Below are positions 25,240 through 38,533 of a stretch of 64,000 nucleotides of DNA, in pieces. The position numbers and the translations under genes were made by a program. The stretch covers positions 22,692,001 through 22,756,000 of the forward strand of contig OZ320320.1 in NCBI GenBank assembly GCA_976226885.1, given 5' to 3'. A model generated the notes under the pieces. That model was not told where the DNA came from. It saw nothing but the letters and a program-made list of their open reading frames with translations, and made no database searches. How positions within the stretch are numbered: position 1 is the stretch's first letter; each line of letters opens with the position of its first letter. Source of the DNA: Iphione sp. A-MEVVRFRX5 (Eukaryota).

Positions 25240-28200
25240 GCATATAAAAAGTACAAAACGTACTGAATTTGATGACTGAATTTAATGATTAAAAGTAACT
25301 AAAACAGGTGTGAGGGATATTAGAGAGGTCGCCATTGATGCCCCCCGTCTCCCCTGACTACTCTTTTACCTCATCATTCCAGTACTCTGTCTTTTCCAAG
25401 CATCTGGAATCTGTCTAACCTTGAGGAATCACTTCATTCCCTCCATTTATCTTCTATATATACAGTAATTCTTACGTGAATCTATGATAAAAATAAACTC
25501 GTGCTGGTTTAAAGATGATATGCGTTCCACATAATGCTGTGCACTACTAATACCAGGAGTTGGCAGGTGAATTACGGCAGTGAAGTGTGTTGATCATAGA
25601 AAATCTTTGTCTACGATTACGTTCTGTGATTAGCTACTAGTTAACAGTGACCCCGTCCGTCTGTGGCCACCGCATTAATCCAGTGACCGAACTGATTCAC
25701 ACACAGACACACACGCACATCTGAACGTTTTCAGTGGTGCGTTCACTCGCTAATCCGTAAAAGTTACATTGTATGATAAAGCATTGATATGTATATGGTG
25801 GGAAGTTAGCTCAGTGGTAGAGCACTGGTCCACTGATTGAGAGGTCGCAGGTTCAATCCTGGGCTTGGGACTTTTGATCACGACCATACAGATTTACTGT
25901 AGCCCCAACCCAGAGTGGTCCACAACTCGTAAAAAGGCCGTGGGTGTATAGGATTCTGTCCCCTATGCACAAAAAGACCCCAGAAACTTATTCGAAATAA
26001 GAGTAGGGGACAACCCCGGGTATTCTGGTCTCTCAATTCTCAACAATAGATGGTAGTATGCTACCCCAGGAGGATATGTAAAAGCTCTGTCATGTGACAG
26101 AGAATATCTCATTCCTGGTAAAAGATGAAATGAAAATGAAATGAAAATATGAGAAGTAAAAAGCCATGAACTAAATCTAGGTGGCAGCATGTATTAATCG
26201 TATGCTCAAGTATTAGTAGATAAGGCAAAAATATGTTGTATAAACAAGTACAGGGTGCTATCAGTTGGTGCAGTAATACAAAAAGAGTGTATTTAGGACG
26301 CTCGCATAAGCAAAACGACATTGTCACCACCCATACTGCTCTGCCTAGGGGAAAGATGAACGAATAGAACATTATTCTTACCTCCCAGATTAGCAAACAT
26401 GGTCAAGCGTCCATAGACCCGACATGGACGCCGGAAACGGCCGACAATATCGACTTCAGCGACGAAGCAGCAAATTCTGTCATTGCTGTACTCGCCGATA
26501 ACTTTCCTTCCTTCGAACGTGGAGAGGTTCACTTCCGGTCGTCGACGGATGTCGACGACGTCACGCTTGTCGAGAATATCATCAGGGGCGCCTCCAGGAC
26601 GCTGGCGACGGAGGAGATACAGAACGTCGTCATCGTGACGTGGGAGGACACAGGGCCCTCTAGCGACGTCCCCGTAAGTTATCATTTCCAAGTTTGGGTT
26701 CGACAGGCAGAAGAATGTTCCACCTGCTGAAGAGTAGAAGAGTAACACATGGCCACTTAACTGCTTCCTTCCTTATCTATTCTATTTTCTCAGACGCATT
26801 GATAGCAACTGTTACTAATGTGTAGAGTATACCAGTGTAGTACCTCCCAGTGAGCCCCGAAAGTGTAAATTCAGCTAGGCAGAATTCACTTGAAGAAGGC
26901 ATTCGTATAAAGGTGACAGAGCGAATCTCTACATTGTTCTAGTCTTAATCTCAGCAGCATCTTTCATAATGACCTTCAGTCATGTTTTTCAGCCTTTCGT
27001 ATATTTTCAGGTCCGCCCAGCTAGTTGAACATGCTTTATATAACAAATTAATTCTTCATTGTCTCTACAGGGTAATACCTTCCAGTTGGTGTTGGCCCAG
27101 GACCCTGGAGAAACCAAGTCATACACCATATTCATATACTGGATGGTGGACCTACAGGAGGGCATGAAGGTAGGTAAATCAGAATTGTACAGATTGGACT
27201 TAGAGAAAGGGACGGAGGCAGCTAGATCGAAATTGGGGGGAAATTTCAATCCTAGGTGTGAACAAAGGTAGGTAGATTAGACCTCTTGTAGGTATAGCTA
27301 TTGAAGGATATAAATGTAGGTAGATCAGAAGTGTTGCGGGTTGTGTTATAGGAGGACATACAGGTTCAGTACATTAAACCTGTTAAGGGTGTAGCTAAAG
27401 GAGGACATCAAGGTAGGTGGGTTAGAACTGTTGGTGGTATAGCTTTACGAGGATGTAAACGAACATAGGTTAGAAGTTTAAGTACATGTATATAGGAAAA
27501 GTAGGACATAAAGGTAAGTACATTAGGACTGTTGAGAGCCTTCCTGCAGATTAGAATGGATGTAGATAGATTAAAATTAAAGTCAGCTACTGGATTGAGG
27601 GTGAAGCAAGGTAGTTTAAATTCATAGAAGGTTGAGCAACAGGCAAATATGGAGTCAGACCTTCGGTATTGATGGCTAGTCCTTTAAGTGAAATTACTTT
27701 TTATATGCTTCCAAAGTAACACAATCGAAGCGAAATATTCTATAAATGTATTAACAGTCGGTACAAATGAAAGTCCGGACTATTTCTTCTTCTTCGCTCG
27801 AAGTTCAGTACCACGGAATGAATATCCCGGTAGGAATAAAAGATCCAATCAAACCAACGATTATAAAGACCAACTCACTATGATGCAAGTCCAATCAAAC
27901 TCTCTTGTATAAAGAACATCCTGGTATGATATAAATCATCAAATCAATCATGATTTAAAGTTTTAAAATATGGTGGCTATTGTTTGCTTTCTCCATTTCG
28001 TTGTCAGCAAATACCGTCGGATACATGTTTCTCTGCATGGTAACCTGACCGACTCTACATTTAGGCCAGTTGAAAAATATTTCATAATTGTTTTGCTAAG
28101 ATCTTGGGAATGAATAATGCTACAGACTCATACAATTTGGTTCCTTAGATGATTAGCTTTCATATGAAATTCCATTAATAAATACCCACAATGCAAGCAG

Positions 28201-31200
28201 GAGAAGTGACATTTTCCAGTGTTGGAAAGTACTACCTAGCTTTTTTGCTGGAACATATGCATGAAAAATAAGAATAACACCTACATACTGACCCCACATG
28301 TTTTCAACATGGTACGGAAATCACTGAATTTTGTTTTTAAGCCTAACTACTTTGTAGTGTATGCATGTAATAAGAGCGTATAATGCTAGAAGGATGGTTG
28401 GTCCGTGAGAACGGTCCGTAATGGAATCCGCGATCCGGGATAGGGTGTGATCCGTGACGACTTCCGGACCAGTAGAGTTATTGCGTAGTAAAGGTACCTC
28501 ACGGATTGTAATGCTGCGTAGTAGGGATACTTCGCGGACTGTTTATTTGCTGTGCATAAGCAGGTGTCTAGACATCCTATTTTTAGCGACTCTTTTATCT
28601 CGTTTTTCGGTTTTTTAAGGTAGGACTAACAGAGGCTACGAACAACTTGATGCACGAGTTTACCTCACTGTCTGGCCTGGCTTCCGACTCCAACATTGGG
28701 GTGGCAGGCACCTACCTGTTCTTTACCCACAGTTTCGTTATACTACCCCCAGGTAGGCCAAGTTTCTCTCATGTCCCTTTGATAGTATGGAACTGGCTAG
28801 TAAGTTTCGACAGAGAAATATAAGCTCCTACCGTGTGCATTATACACCTTCATTGTTTGAACAATGGGGTTTGTTTGGTTTTTAAAAAAATCGGATGCAG
28901 ATACTGCAGTAAATAGTAACACTTGGTATCACAACCTACTTGGATTTCTGAATTTACGAAATTGCACAATACACCTTACAGTACCAATTCAGCAATACGA
29001 CCGTCAATGGGATGAAGCAATCTTTCCCTTAACTGAGAGTTGCCCTGGTACGTGTGTTATATGAAAGAAAAAACACTGGGGTCAGCCAAGCCTGCTGTAA
29101 TTCTGAGTTTTGAACAAACATAATTATTCATTCACCAACTCGGCTCCTGGGGCAACTCAAAATGAATGGCAGTTTCTTTAAGATCAGAGCTAGATGGTCA
29201 CTCCAGTGCTTGCATTGGGAGTTTCTATTTTACAGCGACGCCTCATTATTCCAGTACCCTCATGTTTCCAATACCCCCATCACAGCAGGTATAATTATTC
29301 TGTACCAGGTAATATTTCAAGCGCGAGGCTTTACTGTATCTAAATGAAATAAGGGGCAGGCACTTGATTCCTCCTGTGTAAGTTACACTCTGGCTCTGCT
29401 CTCCAGTGGATGCAGAGTGGAAACCCTGGAGCCTGTGGGGTATGTGTTCTGCCTCCTGTGAAGGAGGAACCCAGAGCCGGAACCGTACCTGTCAACCTCC
29501 CGATGAGCCACGAGGGGGCGACACTGAATGTGCGGGCAGTGATACTGAAACCAGAGACTGCAACACTCACGCTTGCTCAGGTAGGTGGCGTTGCTTTACC
29601 GTTCACCATTCAGATGCAGCTAGATAGATTGAGTTGGTTTGCTATTCATCATTACAGATACAGCTATATATCACCATATTTCACCAGCGCCTCACGTCAA
29701 CATGCCTGTATCCATGCTTTATATAATTGCCTGAGACGGAGCACAGTCAGAATTGTCTTTTACCTTAGAGGCGTGATTTTCATCTTTGGTTAGACCGAGC
29801 AGTGTCAGTCGGGTCGAATTTTACTTTACACACAGTTGACTCTCCTTTAAAGACCACATCAGAATGGGGACCGAAGCACAGGATAGACTAATTTTCAATG
29901 GTACCAAACAAATATAGTGCTGTATATAGAAAGAGACCAAAATGGAAACCAGACTGCAACAGAGACCATTTTTGTTCGAGTATCAGGGATGGTCTTCTAA
30001 GCGAAAGCTGACTGCAGATGCTAAAAGTTTGAATTTGAGCGACTAGAAATGATAAATACCCCTAGCATCTGACGAGATACTCTGCATGTATGGTCCAAGC
30101 ATGTATCGACATGTGTACGCACGTGTATGCGTCCATATATGTGTGTACTGTACAACATTGTCGACGTGCTACCCTTCAGATACCGTGACGTCATGGGGAG
30201 CATGGCTGGACTGTTCGGCGACGTGCGGCGGAGGAGTCCAGGTGCGCACGCGCAGTTGTAACGGTGACACGTGCACAGATGACCTGGTTGACTACCGGCC
30301 GTGTAACCAGGTAGGTCGATCACTGTGATTTCATCAGACATTGTCGCACAGGACAACATTTACTAAAAATGATTCATTTGCTTACATAATAATATGAGAA
30401 ACTTATATCGATGCCAACTCTTACAAATATAAAATCATTACATCACTCCCGACGATACATAGCTCATGCCTTATAATCTTTAGAGTTTTAAATATATTCC
30501 CCTTGTATCCATACCAGATATCTAGATAAATATTGAAACCGCATGCAAAGATACCATTGTTTGAATTAGAGATCGGAGTAATTGGTCAGGAAATAGATTA
30601 GTCATAGTCTAAGTTATTTATGCTATAATGTTTGCTGATGAAACATGGAAAATACAAATAAATGTCTGTACTTATCGGTAGTATTACATAGTGTCTAATA
30701 AGATATAGCTTGTAACTGGTAGTGAGGGAACTTGTACAGTTTATATCAAGTTGCTGTCAATGCATTGGAGAACCTACTGCTTTTGTTGTAGAGAACTATA
30801 TAAGGCCTTCCATTGATCCCATTCCCCTGGGGGGATTCTTCATGTTCCAATGCACTACTGTCAATTCAGCCATAAGAGTAGATATCAGCATTCCTCACTT
30901 TCAACATGACCTTCGATAGAAAGGAACTTGCACATTTAGGAATATACTGAGCATTATTGTGGCGTTCACTGCTGGTATAGTTTAGAAAATAATACTTCTA
31001 GTCTACTGAGGCCCTCGTGACACCGTATCAATATTGATGTCACAGAAAAGAGCTCTTCAGGTGCCAGAAACCTGTGTTGAAACACCAACCTAGACATAAC
31101 TCATTTTGATGTGTTTTTTTTTTACCGCCAGGTGGAGTGTCCAGTAGACGGCGTCTGGGCCAGCTGGTCCTCCTGGTCCAGTTGTGGCGCCACCTGTGGG

Positions 31201-34200
31201 ACCAGCACGCAGAGTAGGTTCCGGCAGTGTCACGGGCAAGCGGGAGGTGGCGCTGCATGCGATGGCAGCCCGGTGGAGAGCCAAGACTGCACCGGACCAA
31301 CATGCCCGGGTGATTAGAAGTTTTTTTTGCCTTCTTTCTAGTTTTCTTCGCTGAAAATCAGCATTTGTAGTCATGGTACACATGGTAAATATTATTACAA
31401 GACACAGTTACTTTATATAGGATCCTGTCTTCTGTTGCCTACCGGTGTGAAAAGTTAGAATTCCATGTTCGTTCATTATAGATACCTGCCTTTTGCATAG
31501 TCACTAAACTTCCCTGTTCATTCATTTAGAAAAACCTTTTTCTGAATGAAGTTCTTTCAGCACTTAAAATATTCCTGAGGCTGATATCATGTACATTTCA
31601 GACTTACATTGGTGAAGTTAACTTTGACTTGCTCTGGTCAAGTTAACTTCAATACCACTTATGGCTAAACACATTTACATCGACACTGTATCAGGTCTCA
31701 TGCTCACTGAGTGAACGATATGTCCCCTGTCCTCTAATGGTTCTCTATTCTCTTATCTCTAGTTGACGGAGGCTGGACCTCGTGGAGTGTATACGACGCA
31801 TGCTCAGTGACCTGTGGCGGAGGAACACAACGTCGTACACGCACATGTGACAACCCACCACCACAGCACTCAGGTCGACTCTGTGTCGGTCCATCTGAGG
31901 AATATAGTTCCTGCAATGAACACCCTTGTGACGGTAATGACATAGTAATAAGTGTGATGAATGTGGAGATCGGAACATAGTGGCAAATGTGGGGATTGGT
32001 GGAGGTAGGCACATAGAAGTAAAGATATACGTCCTTCTTGTGGTAGGCACATATAGTGATAAATGTTGTCACGGTAACATAGTGGCATATGCGGTCTTTG
32101 TAAAGGTAGGGACAGATCGAGCTGCAGTCTCCACTCTTCTATGTGTCTACTGTTACCAGACTTAAACAATAAACTTGATATTTGTTTGCATGATACAAAC
32201 AAAATATGTCCGCGATGAAGGTAGCAACATAGGATGCTATTTTGCTGGTGTCCTGTATAAATATGTTTGGATAATACTTATTTTTAGATTTAGCTTTGTC
32301 GGTTGAACAGATCATCAGGTGGTTAAGTTAAGATAGGAGATTGACCTGAGTGTTACTCATCCATTTCATCTCCTACAGGGAACCTAGTGGTAAATAATCT
32401 GTGGCAACCATGGAAAGTGCCTAGGAATAAGAATAAGATTTCATTGTATTCTTCCCATACAATGTACAGTTCTTACAGTACGTATTAGAGATAGCAAGTG
32501 TTATTTGTACACAAGCAACTTGAATGTTATTCCTCTAATTTATCCTTTAAGAGAGCCTGCGAGTGAATGGTCCGTTCATACTGTGGATGGTCAATATAGT
32601 TGTGTAAAAGAGTTACTCGGCGTTTACTGTATGAGATTAACCTTAGTGTCCTTCCTTTATCTCCTGCAGAGACAACCTGGATGATCAATATACCTTTATT
32701 TTGGTTAGTAAGTGTTTGCTCTATGAGACTGACCTGAGTGTCTTTCCCTCTCATAGTGAATGGTCAACAGACTCTGTTGATGGTCAATATACCTCTATAT
32801 TTGGGTTAGTGAGTTTTAACTGTATGAGATTGATCCAAGGGCCATTCCCTCAGATTTATCTCCTACAGAGAGCCTGGTTGAGAATGGTCATGCAGTAGGC
32901 ACTGTGGATGGTCAATATACCTACATTTGGCACACTGAGTGTTAACCGTATGAGTCTGACCTGAAAGTCATTCCCTATGATTGATCTCTTACAGAAGTCC
33001 TAGTTGTGAATGATTAGTGGACTCCATCAATGTTTACTACACCTATATATTTGTTTCAGAGAGTGTTAACTATATGAGATTGACCCGAGTGTGATTGCCT
33101 CTGCTTTATCTCCTACAGAGAGCCTAGTTGTGAACGGTCAGTGGACTCCATGGATGGTCAATGGAAGCTGCTCAGTCACATGTGGCCAGGGCAGTCTGTC
33201 CCTCATACGCTTCTGTGCCAATCCCTACCCAGCCCATGGTGGCAACGACTGTTCAGGAGACCAAATTGACACGCAGTCATGTGAGGAAGTGCCCTGTCAA
33301 GGTAAAGCTCTGAATATGTTATAACAAAACCTGCAACGTTGCTAATTAACGTTTAGATATAAACTATTATGGGATTTTGAGGTGGAATGATCTCTTTAAA
33401 TCGAAATACATAAATCGGTACAAGACTTAGGCAGTAAACTATATGTGGAGTAAGCCGACCGACTGTCCCTCCCCCTAGTGGACGGTGCTTGGGGGTGGTG
33501 GACGAGCTGGAGCGCCTGCACCAGGACCTGTGGGGACGGACTGCGCCTGCGCTACCGCTTCTGCGACGATCCACTTCCGGCATACAATGGCGCCATCTGT
33601 CCTACAGCGACGGTGCACCTGATAGAGGGCGCTGCGAACCAGGCGGGCTACGTGGGCAGCGTCCAGTTCCAGCAGCTTCCGTGCAAGGAGAGCGACTGTC
33701 CAGGTAAGGACAAGGAAGGTATTGTGGTCTGTATCTTACCTTCTCACAGCGGCCCCGACGGGTAATCAAGCACCCAGTTGCAATGCTGCCTTTTTAAAAT
33801 CTATTGTGATGTCTGTGGTGAGAGAGGTTTCTCTAATCGAATTGCAAAATTTCATCACATAGTCGGGACAATTCATAAAACATCGAGTTATCAGGCCTGT
33901 AGCTAGGAAGTTGTGTGTGTGTGTGTGGGGGGGTTATATCGTGCGATACCCCCTTAGCTACAGGCCTGGTTATGATGTATATGTACTTTTTTTACTTGAG
34001 AGAGGTCCTTGGTTGCTCTAATGCCAAGAAATATTGGTACGCTCTATAGACAGCATTCGATAAATACTAGCCACCAAAGGAAATACATGTTAAACATACC
34101 AACCTAAAAAGGTACAATTTCGGGATTCAAAAAAGCAATTTACAACAACAGGAGAGTCTATAGAATAATCCTTATATATAGATATATCGTTTTGCGTGTG

Positions 34201-37200
34201 TGTATCTTGTGCATGTACGACTGTACAGGGCTATATATAATTGTTAGGTGCTAATTGCAAATTCACAGTATTCTGGAATTGCCCCAAATTTGTTGCTGAA
34301 TGGCCACTACAGTGTACAGAGGAACCTCGTCAATCCGAATCCCATTATTCGTATTGGCACATTAACTGTAATGATTTTAGATTACCAATTGCTTTTCTAT
34401 ATAAATTGTACTAGTTAACCAGAGACTCACATTCCATATTTGTACAAAATTGAGCTGCATATTAGAGCATTTAACATAGTAAATACATGCAGTTAACCCA
34501 TTCGCGGCGGCCGATGCCATATGGCATTCCTGGGCCCGGGCGAAGAGTGCCATTTGGCGCTCCCGTTGAAAGACGGACGATGCCATATGGCATTTTTTTA
34601 GAGACGTCTACAGAAAACAGTGAATGCCTCAGTTAATATTCAAGCGATCTAACTGATATTTGGCAGAAATTTAGTGTATATAAGGCCCTACAACTTGCAA
34701 TATTTACTTTTACAGAAAAGTTTATTCTTCGAATGTCTATGATGTTTTCTGTCATGACAACGCGTGTACGTCACAGGTGCGCGCTGCCTGCGGATAGGAA
34801 ATATCTGCTGTCATTTTCTCGAAATCAATACATAATCGATATTATGGATGCTGATTTTTCTTCTGACGACTCCGATTGGGAGGAAAACCTCCCTCTAAAT
34901 ACCATAAGGCTTTTGGAAGGCGGAAATGACAAATCTGATGAAGAATCGATCGAGATGTCTAGTTCAGATGAGGAACCACTTATTGCGCTCCAGAAACGTC
35001 AGGAGGTAAACACAGCGAGTGAAATGGATATTGACGAGGAAAATAACGATGGAGATCGAATTTGGGTGGAAACGACCTCAGGACAGCCCAAAACCCCTTC
35101 AATCCCAGTTTTTGAGGAACAGACGGGTATTAATACAGATGAAGTGGATTTGGAGAAGGTGAAGACCCCATTTGACTTCATATCGCTTTTCCTATCCATT
35201 GATTTTTTGGGCGCTCTCGTCTCCAGCACAAACAGATATGCCGATGAGAAGAGAGAAGAAAAGCCTGAAGACCACAAGATGTCATGGAAAAATGTAAACA
35301 TCAATGATATTTTCAATTTTCTGGGTTTGGCTATGCTCATGGGCATCCTAGGAAAACCTGAGATAAAGGAATACTGGTGTACAGCTGGAAAAGATTTGAC
35401 GCCAACTTTTGCCATATACCTGCCTAGGGATCGGTTCACCACCATCCTGAGGTAAGCCAAAAAAATATATTTTTAAAAATCATTTTTCTCCTTATCAATG
35501 TCCCCAATACAAATTGCTGGATGTTAATTATTGTGATTTTTGAAGTAAAATTGATTTCTGTTGTTTTTGCTATCAGATACCTCCACTTCACCAAGGATGA
35601 CGTTCCCCACCAAGACAACACTGAACCCACGGGCCCGATGCACAAGGTTGCTGTCATATACGATTTTTTCAACGATATGGCTAAGAGACTGTACAACCCC
35701 CAGAAGAATGTCGTCGTGGACGAGACCATGGTCAAGCATAAAGGTTGTGTACGATTCCGCCAATATATGCCTGCAAAACCTGTGAAATGGGGTCTGAAAT
35801 GCTGGGGGTTGGCCGAATCCACTACTGGTTATATTTTACAGTCTGTACCCTATTTCGGCAGGGAAGATCGAGCCCAAGTTGGTTTAGTAGAATTTGTAAT
35901 AATGAAACTGATGAGAGGAGCTGATCTAATAGGAAGGAATTTCCACCTGTACCTAGACAACTACTTCACTTCGGTAGATCTTTTTGAGAAGCTAATTGCT
36001 TATGGAGTGTTCTGTTGTGGAACTGTCAGACCTAACCGTAAACACCTGCCTAAGGAATTCATGGGTAAAAAGCATGAAAAATTAGAGAAACAGGATGACT
36101 ATATTTTCCTGAAAAGTGCCAACCTAATTCTATCATTGTGGATGGATAAACGCATTGTAAGGGTATTGAGTACAATTCATGGGTGTGTGATGTCCACTGT
36201 TGCCAGGTTAGGAAAAAATAGTGAAACAGGAAAATTCATGAAGTCTAAAGTGGTAGCCCCTGTAGGGATAGCTGATTATGGCAAGTACATGCGTGGTGTC
36301 GACCACAGTGATCAGCTCGTTCAGTATTATAATTTTTGCCGAAAATCACGAAAATGGACACATAAATTATTCTGGCATGTAATCGAGCTCATGAAGGTGA
36401 ATGCATACATTATGTACAACCAGACTGTACCCAAGAGAATTTCCCTATTGAAATTCACTCGGCAGGTAATAGATGGGATGCTTCGCAATATGATTATGAA
36501 AAATCGTATCCCACAGCAAATCACTGAGTTCCGACTTAGAAACAGATGTTTCCCTAAGGATTTCAAGAAAAAAAGCTTTTGTAGGGTTTGCTATCAGAGA
36601 GTTTCTGCAGGGGTGCAAACGACCAGACGGCAAAGCAGAATGGGGTGTGAGTCTTGTCAAATCCACCTTTGTATGTCTAAATGCTTCAAAATTTATCACA
36701 CCGTGAAAGATTACATCCACTTCACAGTCGAAGAGTAATGCTCAGTAGCTATCAGCGCGTTGAACCACAAAAATCAATTTCTGTGCCTATTCCACCCAAA
36801 AAAGTACTTGACATGCTGAATAAAATGATTTAAATTGAGAATGTCTTACTTTGTTCTTCTTTCCAGCTTTACTATAGTGTATTTCCAACAATAATAATCC
36901 ATAACGCTCCACGTGTAAAATAATTGGTTACGTAATAGGTTATCCGCTCGGTAATAATCCTGAATGTGGCAGAAATACGAATAATTCCACGTATATCCAT
37001 AGCAAGATGAAATCTATAATTCCTTCTGAATAGATAATTCACAATGTCTATAGATGACATATCCAAAATAATTCCGTTTCCAGAGAAATATCTAGTCCGG
37101 TGACGCTCTGCGATTAGCATAACGTAATAGTAAAGTTGGGGTGTCGCCCTCTACGGTGAAGCGCAGAACTAGTGGTGCGCCGTGACGTGTCGTCAAGAAC

Positions 37201-38453
37201 CGATAGGGGGCCGCCGCGAATGGGTTAACTGGACTAGAGAGAACAAAGGAAACGTCAGAGACACATGAAATGATTATATAACAGCAGCAAGCGGGCCAGA
37301 CCCTCCTAAACATAGAAACAACAGAGCGCAGAGTGATTATCAGAGGTTTAAAGTCAAATACAGATGCGCAATACACAGCACAGAGAACAAAGAAATGATC
37401 ACATTCTCCCTGAAATTTGCTGTTTTTTGTCACTTTCTCCTTGAATTTTGCTGTTTTTTGCACTTTCTCCATGGAATTTGCCTCAATTTCCATGAAGTAG
37501 CCATTTTTTGTCACTTTCTCCTTGCAATTTGCCATTTTTGACACTTTCTCCATGGAACATGCCTCAATCTCCATGAATTTTGCCATTTTTCATAACCAAT
37601 AATATAATTCAGTATCTATTAGGTTCCCATACTTTACCATTATGACAGTTTACCCCACCAGGAGATGCATGACTTGCTGTTTCATACTCCGTATTATTCG
37701 CCATCTGTACAAAATATTGAATTCCAGAGGTAGTCCAGAAGACGAGGTTTAAGGAAGGAGATTTTCAAATCATGTAAATGTCTTAGGTGGGAGGATATAT
37801 AGTTTTTGAGTGAAGGGATCTAATAAGGTTTGCTTGGGATAGGACATTTGTTGTTTGTGGCAGAGGTGTTTTCATTTCTATTTCCTATTGTTATCTTAAA
37901 TACATATGCCCAGTCACATTTTCGAAAATACCGAAGATCTTATCTAGATATAACAATATTTTCGTTTTTCTTTTGATGATAAGAACGGAGAAAAGGACTT
38001 GAAATGTAACACTTTCTACAGTAGACAAAATGGTGCTTGTTAAGCTTGGAATTGAAAAGGTGGTACATCTCACTCATTCATGTGAGAGAGTTTAGATTTC
38101 AACGTATTTTATCATCGTATTTTTTGCGTCCCTGGATGAGATCAAACAGAGAGGTAACTGGAAATTGAATTGTCGTTGGGTTCTGTTCATTTCCATCAAA
38201 TCCATATGTTTGTTATGGATAACTTATATTCTCTCCTATATTCAAAAGGACTACAGTGGCAACTCAGAATTAAGACTACCAATGGGACCAGACAAAATTC
38301 CTTTTAACTGTGAGTTGCCTTCTTATTTGAATTAATTATATCAAAGAAGATACTCCATGGGGACCAACTCAACTTGCCCTAAATCCTCAGTTGCCCTCGA
38401 TTTGAGTTACCCACAAGGTGAGTTGCTACTGTAATATACATATGTGTATAAGA

Positions 38454-38533
<80 letters not shown>

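Noticed and set aside
26293-26748. 151-aa minus-strand ORF
   Set aside because: Antisense shadow of NIDO exon 3.
30630-30655. CTGATGA...GAAA hammerhead-like core
   Set aside because: No stem II or flanking stems can form.
35521-35576. N-terminal MLIIVIFEVK... of the 405-aa ORF as a separate gene start
   Set aside because: Lies inside the transposase intron; the two ORFs are one spliced gene.
37092-37586. 164-aa minus-strand ORF with KEKVTKN repeats
   Set aside because: Produced by a 30-bp minisatellite and runs across the piggyBac TIR.
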